Positions 13,089 to 25,923 of a stretch of DNA of 64,000 bases are shown in pieces. The stretch lies in the sequence record LC494302.1, one strand, 5' to 3'. Made by a program: the position numbers and the translations under genes. The notes under the pieces were generated by a model. That model was not told the origin of the DNA, searched no databases, and was given only the letters and a program-made list of their open reading frames with translations. Numbering within the stretch: the stretch's first letter is position 1; every line of letters begins with the position of its first letter.

Positions 13089-13473
<385 letters not shown>

Positions 13474-13491
13474 TTCACATGATATAGGGTG

Positions 13492-13556
<65 letters not shown>

Positions 13557-13571
13557 TATTGATGATTACCG

Positions 13572-13607
<36 letters not shown>

Positions 13608-13608
13608 T

Positions 13609-13676
<68 letters not shown>

Positions 13677-13744
13677 CATTTCAGGTGATGAATCTGAAGA
13701 AGATGGTTTTATTACTGAAACTATGTACTTAACTATTGAAAATC

Positions 13745-13824
<80 letters not shown>

Positions 13825-13949
13825 CTTCGCCTTATGATGACTATGCGATTGGTAATTGCGAAACTGCTCATTCATATCAAGCGGGTGACACTAATGTTGA
13901 AGAATCTGGCGAAGATTTTTCGGATTCATTTGATGAAGATGGAAAACTC

Positions 13950-14304
<355 letters not shown>

Positions 14305-14307
14305 ATA

Positions 14308-14394
<87 letters not shown>

Positions 14395-14449
14395 GACTGC
14401 CAAACAGCTTGAAGTACTTTGTAGTGCTGCACCTATGCCGACACTTGGC

Positions 14450-14550
<101 letters not shown>

Positions 14551-14562
14551 TATCTTACTTCT

Positions 14563-14652
<90 letters not shown>

Positions 14653-14658
14653 TACACT

Positions 14659-15084
14659 ATGAAATACAACATTGTTAAAATGGTGAACTATGTATTAAAA
14701 AACAACGCATGGTCACTGCATGATGTACAATTAGAAGATATTGGTGAAGTTAGAGTATTTTGCTATGATCCAGATTTGAATCAAACCACAGATTTGAGTA
14801 AATGTTTTAATATTTTTCTTGGTTATGAATTCAATAATCATTTTTATTCATTTGATGTGTATTTTGAAAAAGTTATATTCAGAAGTTATGAATGTGATAA
14901 TGAAGATTATGATTATGATGATGAATCAATTGAATTGAATGTTAACGATATTGATACTGAAGAAAAATTCTTCCAGTACTGCCTCCTTAACGACATATTA
15001 GGATTAACATTTGAGGACATTAAAGCTATACTTAAAGTTCAAAAGTTGATTCCAGAAGAGGTACTAAATCCATTAAATGACTAG
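14659..15084 (+). CDS. hypothetical protein, EExFFQxST-motif family
   Basis: motif DTEEKFFQYCLLNDILGLTFEDI. Confidence 0.7.
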   Translation: MKYNIVKMVNYVLKNNAWSLHDVQLEDIGEVRVFCYDPDLNQTTDLSKCFNIFLGYEFNNHFYSFDVYFEKVIFRSYECDNEDYDYDDESIELNVNDIDTEEKFFQYCLLNDILGLTFEDIKAILKVQKLIPEEVLNPLND

Positions 15085-15442
15085 TCTAATAGTACGTATA
15101 ATGCAAGATGTTTGTAATAACCTTTATACAGGCAATTTTGACGATCCGAACATAAAAATATTATGTTATGATGGTTTTACAATGGTACATCCATCCTATT
15201 CAAATAATATCTACGTAGCATATACAGGTGAAAATCTATTATATCAATTTGATATATATAGTACAATGACAAAGATAATTTTGGATGCCTCTAAACCAGC
15301 AATCTTTATTGCTTCTCATGATTACCATTACACTGAAGAATCACTATTTCAGTACTCAATGATTAATGACATTGGTGGGTTGACATTGGATGAGGTTAAT
15401 GCTATACTAGCTGTCTCACGTTTGGTTAAAACCCACAATTAG
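15077..15442 (+). CDS. hypothetical protein, EExFFQxST-motif family
   Basis: motif YTEESLFQYSMINDIGGLTLDEV. Confidence 0.7.
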   Translation: MTSLIVRIMQDVCNNLYTGNFDDPNIKILCYDGFTMVHPSYSNNIYVAYTGENLLYQFDIYSTMTKIILDASKPAIFIASHDYHYTEESLFQYSMINDIGGLTLDEVNAILAVSRLVKTHN

Positions 15443-16083
15443 GAGATTCATATGTTCTGGAATTTATTATGCTTGTTTGGTCGTACATTGGTTCTTGCTA
15501 TTATTCATACACCTGGTATTCGTAATTATGTTTCTTATGAATTTAAGAAAAATTATCACAACAATACTGAAGTTCGTACAACTAAGATGTGCAAAGACTT
15601 CAAGGTAGATGTTCCACCATTCAAGAAGTACGAGGATGAATAATGGAATTCATTGTTGCACCTGATGAACTTAAAACATTCACGTTCAGAGATAATAACA
15701 ATTATCCTTATACAAATCATTCATTGAATTCATTACATGTTATTGCAATCATTGCATCTGAATACAGGGATAATCCATGTATTGATTTTAAAACCACTGA
15801 TGGCGAATATACATGGGTGTTCCCAAAAGATAAATATAGTTATCAAGGGGCAGTAGAAATTCGTGACTCGATTCTAAAACAAATCGAAGATGGAAATACT
15901 CATCCTAAACTAAACACTCAGTACTGAAATCGTTTAACCCGATAGCTTCTAGTCAGTACTGATTCCTCCTTATGTATAGAAGCTATCACTTTTTTACGTA
16001 TAATGATATTACCCTCAAATTCATTATATTCGTTACCCTCTAACAGTATCTTTTTATTCCTCTTGGATGCTGTAATTTAGAAG

Positions 16084-16143
16084 TTGACTTTTTAACTTCT
16101 ACTGTGTTATACTTAAGGCTGATTCGATGAATCGGCCTTTTTT
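16084..16143 (+). promoter_or_regulatory. promoter followed immediately by a terminator-like hairpin
   Basis: TTGACT-18 nt-TATACT then AAGGCTGATTC-GAT-GAATCGGCCTT-TTTT. Confidence 0.55.
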
Positions 16144-16582
16144 CTTATATAGGTGAATGCAATGAGTTATTTGTTTACTTTAATTGATAAGTATGTTGAC
16201 ATTGTATACCGTCAAGTTTGTAGTGATACGTTTGAAACAAAAAACCCAATTAGAGATGGCATTTTTGATGTTGTCGTTGGATCATTTTTGAATGGATACA
16301 CAGAGACATTATACAACAGTAATAATATTTTTATTTCAGTTCAATCCAGACATACATCAGACTATGCTGTTAGCATTGATATTTGGGAAAATAATATAGA
16401 AATAGATATAACGGAACATACTAACATTCATGTTGATGATACATTTAATCAATTAACTGAAGAAATGTACTTGCAGTTGAATTTTGTACATGATCTTACA
16501 AATATCAGTTATGATACATTAAGGAAAATATGTTTTCTTAGTGGGGTGATCCGTAGTAATATGAGTAAGGATAGGAAGTGAA

Positions 16583-16999
16583 ATGTTAAAAATTCCACCT
16601 AAGTCGTTAACACATCTTATTGAATGTGGTGTAATATTTTCCGAAGGTGATACCTCATCATACACATTGGTCGATGAACCTTATAATTTTTCATACCAAT
16701 CTTATAAAAATAATTCTAAAATTTCTTGTAGATATGCTGAAAACATATTAATAGATGTTTCGTTACATAATGTTCCGAAATTTTACATTGATATCTTTGG
16801 TGATTCTTTGACAATTCGAACATATGATTATTTTATTAATAAAGACCTCTTGAGTCTTCCAATTGAACATGATACTATAGATTCAGAGATGTTCTTTCAA
16901 CTATCAACAGTTTACGATTTACAGGGTTTAACTGTTGAGCAGTTGAATGGAATATTTGAGATTTCACGAAACATACGAAGCAGGAATAAAAATGTCTAA
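16583..16999 (+). CDS. hypothetical protein, EExFFQxST-motif family
   Basis: motif IDSEMFFQLSTVYDLQGLTVEQL. Confidence 0.7.
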   Translation: MLKIPPKSLTHLIECGVIFSEGDTSSYTLVDEPYNFSYQSYKNNSKISCRYAENILIDVSLHNVPKFYIDIFGDSLTIRTYDYFINKDLLSLPIEHDTIDSEMFFQLSTVYDLQGLTVEQLNGIFEISRNIRSRNKNV

Positions 17000-19117
17000 T
17001 ATTTTAAATGAAAAAACAGTTGATGTTGTTATTGGTGTTCTTAACACCGCAACTTCATTTCAGAAGAAACACAGTGTTGTATACTTTGGTGAAGATTGTT
17101 GGCTGAACTATACTAATAATTCGTTTATAATTCGTGTAGAGGCTGATGATATTGGATTAACCGTTCAGGTAGGATGTGCCAAAACTGACAAACAAATCAC
17201 TGTCATTGTTGATAAACTTACGTCTTCTTTTTATGATAGTATAGATGATTGTGAACACTATAGTTCAACATTTTATGATACAGAAGAAGAACATTTTATG
17301 GAAAGTACTGTTCAAGAGTTAGCTATTCCATATAAGCTAATGAAAGCCGTGAGTGATTTAATTTTAAAATATAAAAAAAATAGGAGTTACTAATGCAATT
17401 TAATGGTAAAGTTTCCAAAGTAGGTTTGGTTTTTGAAAACTGTGAATTTGTTGATATTGATGTAAAGAATGTTTTATGGATGCATATTGCTGATGAGAAG
17501 ACTCTTTGTAGCCGTTTTTCAAACGGACTGACAATTAGTACTGTTATCGGTGAGTTCGGTATTGCATTACGCAGCAATACACCATCGGATTTCATGGACA
17601 ACTCTACACTGTTAGACCGTTTAAAAATGCGTGACGTTACACACGTTTATCTATATGATACTAACGGTGTTGAACAGCGTTATGTAGTTGAATGGGCTAA
17701 TTATAACCTTAGTGATCAATATTCAGTAAACCAGCGTGTTCAAATCACCCCTGGTGGTAATATTGTGTTTGTTAGTTCAACTGGTAAATTAATCAGTGTA
17801 GATGATAAAAACATTGACCTATTCACAGCATATAACTAATACGAGCTTCCATGAAAACAATCAAAATTCATTTCAAAGACACTTGGACAGAAGTAAGTAC
17901 TGGTAATATTCAGGATATTTTATATAGTACTGAAACTATTCATGTTTATGATGAAGAGACTGCTTCCGAGCAGTTAAAAGTTTTGCATCGTAGTGTTGGT
18001 GTGCACACTGAATATGGCATTAAACATACTCGTGAATTACTTAATACTAATCACATTGAAACCCGTAAAGCAAACTTATCAAAAGAAGAAATGTTCGATT
18101 TCATCCTGAACCATAAAGTTCATATTGAGCCTGATGGGTCTATATGGGAGAACACTGCTGGACAAAAAGTGCTGAAAAAATATCATGTTTCAATTGATAA
18201 TGTAAAAATGTCAGGGTATGATTTGGAAGATGCAATTAATGAATATGTATCTAGGCAGAGGGCAAATTGATGAGCTTGATAACATTTACAATTATTTGTT
18301 GCATTACTATTGTACTTTGTCGCCTGATTCATGTATACTCATATCATAAAGCGTTGCGAATCGAACAAGAGATTTACAACGAAAACCGAGAACCAGAACC
18401 AGTCAAGAAGCCACCATCACCTTATGGGTTGAAACGTGAGATGCATTCTCAAAGTAAAAAGTGGGGTTATGCAATTACTAAAAATGGCTACATCTATACT
18501 GCAAGTAATGGTTATTTTCAAATTCACCACGAATTAGAAGTGGCAGTTCAAATTTTGTGGGAGATGGAGGACATTGGTGGTTATGAGCGTACTAAGTTTG
18601 AATTCATATCAAATGATCCAGGAACTTCACGAGAAACATGATATAATTGTTGATGTGGAGAAGAAGGAAGTCGTTATGAAAAAGCAAGCATATAGAATTT
18701 TAGAAGACTTCCATCTAAAAGCATTTATAATGAAGTTCTGTACAGATGAACATCTTACCGGACGAGTAATACGTAAGGAGTTGTAAATGAACTTAAGTTC
18801 AACAATTCAGTACTTGAGCAGTAACTTCGAGAAAATTATTTCTCGCGGTGGGATGATTGTACACCCAGAAACAGAGGAAATGTACATCATTGGATTTGAT
18901 AAAAATTCTTATGATCAAGTACTTGTAATTTCCAAGTTAGAAAGTTATAATGAAGTTGTTCAGTTTTGCTGTACCGAATTTGGTATCTATATTAAAGACG
19001 CTGAAACTAATACAATTTCGCATTATTTTTACCACACACTGATGGGTACTAAAGACTTCGGCTTGAAGTTCGATGATTTAGTACAATGTCACTATATGTT
19101 TAAAACCTTCCCAGCTA

Positions 19118-19930
19118 GTGGGCATTAAGGAGTATATCAATATGAGCAACATTTTCTTCAAAACTATTTCTTTCAAAAAAGCATCTTACTCCTACGCCTA
19201 CGTTGATGGTAAAGTGCTTAATATTGTACTGGATGGTGTTGACGTACCAGTTGAATTTAAAACACATGAAGAAGCAGTTGAAGGTGCTAAAGAATTGAAT
19301 TCAATTCTTAATGGTGAAGTAAGTCAAAAACAACATGTAAAATCTGATTTAGATGTACTTTTGGAAAAAATCAAAACTGGTGAAGTATTAGAAATTTTAG
19401 ACAACTGTAATGAAAAACTTCGTAATGTAGTTAATAATGTTCGTGACCAGATTCAAGAAAAAGCACTAGAGCAAGCATTCAAACATGTATCCAAGAATGC
19501 TGAATCTCGTATTGACGGTATGGTTAAAAATCTTGATGATGTACTATCTCATCTCTTTACTAAAGAATACGAACAAGAAGTTGAAGAAGAACCAGTAAAA
19601 GAAACTAAAAAAGAAAAACGTAGCTTTGGCTCAGGTGATGATGTGTTTGGTTTTACGAATGTCAGAACAAGTGCAGATGAACCAAAAGAAATTAGTGAGA
19701 TGCTCATTGGTGACATGACAACTAAGCAGCTTCGTAATGAAATTGACAAGTTTGTAACTAGTTGTATCAAATCAGAACGTGCACAAAGTATGTTTAAAAG
19801 CATTAGTGAGAACTTTGGTCCAGAAGCAACTGAGCAGGCACTAACTGCATTTAAAGAATTGATTTATAATGTAGCCATTAGCAATCCAGATAAAACACTT
19901 GAAGAAGTTCTACGTGACAATTTCAAATAA
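19118..19930 (+). CDS. hypothetical protein
   Basis: 270 aa, acidic/helical. Confidence 0.65.
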   Translation: MGIKEYINMSNIFFKTISFKKASYSYAYVDGKVLNIVLDGVDVPVEFKTHEEAVEGAKELNSILNGEVSQKQHVKSDLDVLLEKIKTGEVLEILDNCNEKLRNVVNNVRDQIQEKALEQAFKHVSKNAESRIDGMVKNLDDVLSHLFTKEYEQEVEEEPVKETKKEKRSFGSGDDVFGFTNVRTSADEPKEISEMLIGDMTTKQLRNEIDKFVTSCIKSERAQSMFKSISENFGPEATEQALTAFKELIYNVAISNPDKTLEEVLRDNFK

Positions 19931-19942
19931 TTAGATAAAATT

Positions 19943-19971
19943 AAAGCCACTACAATGTAGTGGCTTTTTTT
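19943..19971. terminator. bidirectional terminator between convergent genes
   Basis: AAAGCCACTAC-AAT-GTAGTGGCTTT with A-run and T-run flanks. Confidence 0.8.
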
Positions 19972-19972
19972 A

Positions 19973-21127
19973 TTATGCGTTGTAACCAACTATTACGACT
20001 GAGCAGTCAAGCGGTTCTACTACTTTAAGAATTACATTATCATCTTCATCCACTTGTATTTCACTATGAACTACATGATTGTCTGAAGAATATAATTGAA
20101 CTTGTGGTAGTGCTTTACCATGTTCAGTTACTGGAACTGAGATAGAGTACATAGAGTCTTCACCGAGAACCCACTCACTTAAAGTATATTCTTTATGGAA
20201 AGGAGTAGTATGCAGTGTTTTTCCGATTATACTCAAAGAAACAGGTAAATTATCAGTTTGATACACAGTAATATTACCTTCTGCGTCTACAGAAAGATCT
20301 ACACCAACTTGATATAAGTCACCACTGTATGCTTGAAGTGCTAAGTACTGTCCACGATCATGAACATCAAATGGAACAACCGCAGAAAATACACCTTCCG
20401 AAACAGGTTCAAATTGGGATAGAAGAACTGATGTAACAAAATCAATATCCTCACCACTTTCAAGAACATCAAATTCCACCACTTTAGTGTTATAATATGG
20501 AGAAGTGAGCGTAGCAGTACCTTTCCCTGATTGTGTGATAACATCAACTGGAATTGTAAATGCATCATTAACAAATTGGGTAGTAAAGTATTCTGTCCCG
20601 TCTGGTAATACGATTGTTATTACCATACCGTTAGTATCAATTTCTGAACCAGTGTTGAATAATTTACCACTAATTGAGTCATTACCAACAAATACTGGTG
20701 AAATGAGAATATTATCTATATCACGATCTATAATACCACATTCAGGTGTATACATATGATACAAGGTTTGTGAACTACCTAAAATTGTTTTATGTAGCAT
20801 AAATTTATATACAAATCCAGTATCAGTTTCTTGTGGCTCTTCAGAATATCCACGAACAAAGAAACAATTTTTATTAATTTCACTTAATAGTTGGTCATTA
20901 GTTTTATTGTAATTTAATATATAACCTTTATTATCTTTAGTTGTTATTTGTACTTTACGATATATTATATTAGTTCTTGGATCAACTAAATCATATAATC
21001 TATGGCTTCTTTGGCGATAGATTCTAATATTTTTTAGTCTAGTTCCATCGTTGAGGATTGCACCATCAACAACATAACCACATTCACCAAACTTATAGCG
21101 TCCAGCCGCAGCAATTGACCTTGACAT
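19973..21127 (-). CDS. putative virion structural protein
   Basis: Only long - strand gene in the first 51 kb; GGAGG RBS, TAAATA upstream, two tandem beta-rich C-terminal repeats (SAVVPFDVHDRG..LQAY / SISVPVTEHGKALPQVQLY). Confidence 0.55.
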   Translation of the reverse strand: MSRSIAAAGRYKFGECGYVVDGAILNDGTRLKNIRIYRQRSHRLYDLVDPRTNIIYRKVQITTKDNKGYILNYNKTNDQLLSEINKNCFFVRGYSEEPQETDTGFVYKFMLHKTILGSSQTLYHMYTPECGIIDRDIDNILISPVFVGNDSISGKLFNTGSEIDTNGMVITIVLPDGTEYFTTQFVNDAFTIPVDVITQSGKGTATLTSPYYNTKVVEFDVLESGEDIDFVTSVLLSQFEPVSEGVFSAVVPFDVHDRGQYLALQAYSGDLYQVGVDLSVDAEGNITVYQTDNLPVSLSIIGKTLHTTPFHKEYTLSEWVLGEDSMYSISVPVTEHGKALPQVQLYSSDNHVVHSEIQVDEDDNVILKVVEPLDCSVVIVGYNA

Positions 21128-21243
21128 TTATCCCTCCATTGGTATAATTATTATAACGTATTTATTATGCATATCCAAAAAATGAGCTTGACTGGTGTAT
21201 GATTTGGTGTTATCATGTAGTGAATGAATAATGAGGTGTTTTT

Positions 21244-21828
21244 ATGAATGTTATTGATAATAGATTAGTACTGAAAAATGGAAAAATGACTGTTAAGTTA
21301 TATAAAGATGAAGCTGATTCTTTTATGGCAAAAGCGATTGAAAAATCAGAACGATATAAACTTTTGGCTCCAGCAAGTAAATCGCCATATGGTTTTAATC
21401 ATGCACATAGTCATTTTGTTGGTATGGTGTGTGAGCACGCATCTTTAGTACTTTTTAATGAAATTGAAAACAATACTGGTATTAAACTTAATATCGATCC
21501 AGCATTCCAAAATGAAGCACGTGACGGTGAATGTGATATTAAGGTAAACAACCTTCGTATTGAAGTAAAAGGTATCAAGTATAAATCATGGACTGACTTT
21601 GGACCATGTGTTAGTACTCGACAGTTAAAAAATATCCAGAAAAAAGCTGACGTAATACTATGGGTATTGTATAATGAGAAAAAACAAGAGTTCACGTTTG
21701 AGGGATTCAACTATGTAAAAGATATTAGTTCTATCCCAGTTATCCTCACTGGTGTACCAGGGCGACCAATGATTGAAAATCACCCAGTACTCGGTATTAT
21801 GAAACCACTACAGGAGTTACCATTGTGA
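21244..21828 (+). CDS. PD-(D/E)XK nuclease-like protein
   Basis: CEHAS...ECDIKVNNLRIEVKG gives a D-x7-E-x-K catalytic pattern. Confidence 0.55.
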   Translation: MNVIDNRLVLKNGKMTVKLYKDEADSFMAKAIEKSERYKLLAPASKSPYGFNHAHSHFVGMVCEHASLVLFNEIENNTGIKLNIDPAFQNEARDGECDIKVNNLRIEVKGIKYKSWTDFGPCVSTRQLKNIQKKADVILWVLYNEKKQEFTFEGFNYVKDISSIPVILTGVPGRPMIENHPVLGIMKPLQELPL

Positions 21829-23487
21829 TTACTGCAACTGTATATCAAGATATCAATGAAGAATTTCATTCTAAAATTGCGTTCTTATCATTTCCTGTAC
21901 TCCCAGTAGTTGGGTCAACGTTGAATCTTACCATTTGTGGGTTTGAGAAATATTATAAAGTTCTAGATATTGAGTACTGTGCTGATGTATATTCATGTAA
22001 TAGTGAAATTGCAATTCCAGTATCAATCGATATTATTGTAAAAGAGGTTTGATTATGTTTAAGAATTTTATGGTTATCGTAGCAGTACTGTTTGGTACAT
22101 CATGTTTTATTTCCCCAGTACACGCAGAAGAACAACGTCAAACTATTAAAACTATTGGGACTGGTAAAACTCCCCCTAAACGTACTGCTGACGAATACAT
22201 GCCTGAAATGCGTGAACGTTATCGTCAGACATACAGGGAAAAACATGCTAATGATAAACCCATCAAGAAGCATAAATGGGAAGTTGTTAAATCTCCTTCA
22301 TTTTGTGCTGGATATGCTAAAGTAAAGATTGAGCAGCACAAAAACCAGTACTATAAAGATATGTATTACTTCTATGACTCCAGAATTTCTGACACAGATA
22401 TGATGGCAGGGAAGGTTGATAAAGAAGAATTTCTACAAGGCTATGATATGATGGACGATGACAAAATCATGGAATGCGTTGAAGTGTATGAAAAATACAG
22501 AGGCTTCTGATGTTAACAATAGTGTTGTTGGTAAGTCCATTTGTGTATTTTGTGCTGTATAATATTTTTAGTAATGCTAATCATTTTAAATATGCACAAA
22601 CAATTGCAAAGCATGAAGGTTTTTGGAATTTTTTCCCAGCATTACTATGCTCATATCTATACCATGAACGCTATTTCATTTTTCCTGAATATAAAAATTA
22701 TGGTTATGATTCTAAAGTAAATGGTATAATTGAGTACTGTATAAGAAATTATCTTAATAATAATGATAACGTCCAAGTAAGAATAGGAAATGGTAATATA
22801 TCAAGAATAGTTTTCATACCTGATATACAAGATCCAATATACTTATATCCATATGATTATAGTATTAGTGTAGGTTGTTCGATACATGGTAGTAAATCTA
22901 TGTACGATTACTTTATCTTACCACCAACACAAATTAGATTAATAGAAAAATATTTGAGGGAAAAGTTTGACAACAAAGATTCTTAGTATTATAATTAACA
23001 CACCAAGTAACCCAAGGGGGATGGAAAATGGATGTATTAGCTACAAATTTCAAACGTAATGTTGAAGAGCGTGAAGGTTATTTTAGTATTAGTGAAGTTG
23101 TCGATGACAATTTTAAACAATACATTTTTAATAGTGCAATTAAATTAAAATGCACAAAAGATTCACCTGATCGTAGCTTTACTAAATGGATTGCGTATTG
23201 GGAAGATTCACCAGTTGCAATTGAAATGACTGTGATTACAACAGTACTTGAAACTGGTTACATCAAAGCCATTATAGTTGATAAGAAAGTCCGTACTCTT
23301 GATGAAATTAATCCATATCCAGCCCGAAATTCTAAAGTTTTTGGTGTATTGGTTGATGGTAAATTTATGATAGAAAAAGATGCAAAGGAATATGTAATTA
23401 ATAAACTTCAAACTACAGCAGAAAAAAAAGAAGTAGTGGATCAAAACTCAGTTGATGCAATCAAAAAAGCATGGGGACTAAAGTGAT

Positions 23488-23910
23488 ATGTTCACACTAA
23501 GTAATGCAAAATATCTTTTTCTTATTGGTATTATTGGTTGGGTTATGGCTCCAGTGCTAAATGCACTGGGGTTTTCCGATGAACATAAACTTGTAAATGT
23601 TTCAGGTTTAATTCAGGGTATTTCATGGTATACATTAATTACATTTTCAGTGTGCATCAATACATTTGCCCGTGATTATCGACGTTTGTTATATCTGAAA
23701 GTATTTGGAACTACACGATATAGTTTTGTTTACACTTTCATTTTATTACCGTGCATGTTATATGCATTTGTATTTGATTACTATACATATCTATGGGTAT
23801 GTGGAACTATGTTTGTTATGTTGGAATACATCAGAACTGTTCAAAACTCATATGCCGATGAGTTTCATGATCTAGAAGTTAAACGAAAATTAACGGAGCT
23901 AAACAAATGA
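23488..23910 (+). CDS. membrane protein
   Basis: About 4 hydrophobic segments. Confidence 0.65.
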   Translation: MFTLSNAKYLFLIGIIGWVMAPVLNALGFSDEHKLVNVSGLIQGISWYTLITFSVCINTFARDYRRLLYLKVFGTTRYSFVYTFILLPCMLYAFVFDYYTYLWVCGTMFVMLEYIRTVQNSYADEFHDLEVKRKLTELNK

Positions 23911-24332
23911 GAGGCTATAATAAGATTTGTATTTTTGTATTTTTAGTTTGTGCATTCAATTCGTTTGGTTACTACTGTACAGAAAATAATATTTCATATG
24001 GTTTAAATCCTTTGTGGTTTACAATTTCCAATGTAGCACAAATTGGTATTGCTCTTATGTCTGCACTTATGTTCTGTCCAATTGTCACTATGGATACGGA
24101 TCATGAAAGGCTTGGATTTCTCCGTGATACTGGAGACGAACCTTACAGTAGATTGATTGTGTTGTATCCATTTATTGTTATTTTAGGTACTAACATCCAA
24201 CTTGGGTCATTATCTAATAGTGTTACATCAGCAGCTATTGCTATATTTGCATTCACATTTTTTATGGTACACAAATCAGTACTTAATTGGTATATCACAA
24301 AAATGGCAGAAGAAGGTACTAAAAATACTTGA
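23907..24332 (+). CDS. membrane protein
   Basis: About 4 hydrophobic segments, tandem with the previous gene. Confidence 0.65.
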   Translation: MRGYNKICIFVFLVCAFNSFGYYCTENNISYGLNPLWFTISNVAQIGIALMSALMFCPIVTMDTDHERLGFLRDTGDEPYSRLIVLYPFIVILGTNIQLGSLSNSVTSAAIAIFAFTFFMVHKSVLNWYITKMAEEGTKNT

Positions 24333-25404
24333 CATAATTTAGTATGTTATATATAATTATTTTGTTAAAAACAAATTAGAGTAAGGAACTTATGAACATC
24401 GATACGGTCAAAGAACTTAGTGCTGCACTAATTAAGAATGAAGAAGTTTGTGAAGAACTTCGCAGTACTATCAAAGTTGAGTACGCACGACTCCAAGGTA
24501 TGCTTCAAGAATCAGAATGGGTAGTAACTAAATCTATCGAAGCAATCTATAAGGATATCGAATCCCTTTTCAACAAGAAAAGTAAGATTGAATCTGATTC
24601 ATATAACAAACGTAAAGAGTTATCTACTGCACTTGGTATCTAAAAGTATTTGACATAACAAATAATATGGAGTACAATGTGCTCCTAATTTAATTATCAG
24701 CTAGAAAGGAAAACATTATGAAATCTATTCTCGTTGCAGTTAACCTAGTTGCTTCCCCATCTTTCAACTTCAAACAAGTGGTTGCTGATAATCTGAAGAA
24801 GATCTGTCCAAACGCTGAATTAACTTTCTGTGTGTTTGATTCAGAAAAAGTAACTAAAGTTGATCTAAACTATCTTTTGAACGAAGTAAAAAGCGTTTCT
24901 GGTGAAAGTAACTTAAAAGTTCTTCATGATATTGCTGATGATTATGATGATACACTTGTAATTTCGGAGAAATTCTAAATAAAATGTTTAGATTTCTTCA
25001 GTACTTAATCATTAAATTTTTTGGCTATTATACGATTGAAGGCAAAGCTACACTCGCACATAGAATCTTTGTAGCATTATGTACGGGTGATTATGACGTA
25101 TTGAATAAGTACTGTAAATCTAAAGCATGTATTGATATAATGGCACTTCGTATCTATGAGTGCCGTTCCAATAGATACAATTTTTACCAATACAGATTTG
25201 ATGAAAAAGAATTTGATAGCATCAAAATGCTTAAGAATTTATGTAACAATAAAAAGAATATGCATATATCAGAATTTGTTGCTTTGTATTTTTATTTAAA
25301 AAGTTCATTGTATATGAACACAATGCAAAGATTCGATACTAGAATTAATGTATTCACCGATAAAGAATTTTATATATACGATAAATTCTTAGATAAGGTT
25401 TAAT

Positions 25405-25902
25405 ATGACAACTGTTTATATTGATAAACGATTAAATTTATTGATTACCGATTCTAGAGTTACGTCAACTATACCACGAAACTTATTTGGTTTTTTCCCA
25501 CTAAGACCAAAATATCAATATGGAGTTGTTAATCAAAAAACTTTATATGTACATGACCGTTTATTCAGTGCTAGTGGGGTAGTAAGTGAAATTGATAAAG
25601 TACTGGATTGGTTAATTAATAAAGTACCAGTTATACCTGACAGAAAGTTAAGTTGCCATTGTGTGCTTCTTTCTAAAGATTATGTTATTCATATGATTTT
25701 AACTAAAGGAAAGTTTATTAAAAAACTTGAATATCTACATGAAGACTACACTTTCTTTATGGGAAGTGGTGGAGAATACATGCTAGATGCTGCTATTCAT
25801 GAAGAACATACAACTTTATATGATAAAGTGTTTAGTACTTTCATGGATGTGCACAACCATGATTGCTTCACAGATGATAATATTAATGTATATCGATTTT
25901 GA
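25405..25902 (+). CDS. Ntn-hydrolase / HslV-proteasome-beta-like protein
   Basis: N-terminal MTT, TDSRVT, SASG and MGSGG motifs at the spacing typical of HslV-like subunits. Confidence 0.5.
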   Translation: MTTVYIDKRLNLLITDSRVTSTIPRNLFGFFPLRPKYQYGVVNQKTLYVHDRLFSASGVVSEIDKVLDWLINKVPVIPDRKLSCHCVLLSKDYVIHMILTKGKFIKKLEYLHEDYTFFMGSGGEYMLDAAIHEEHTTLYDKVFSTFMDVHNHDCFTDDNINVYRF

Positions 25903-25923
25903 TTTCGTCATTAGGAGATGTAA

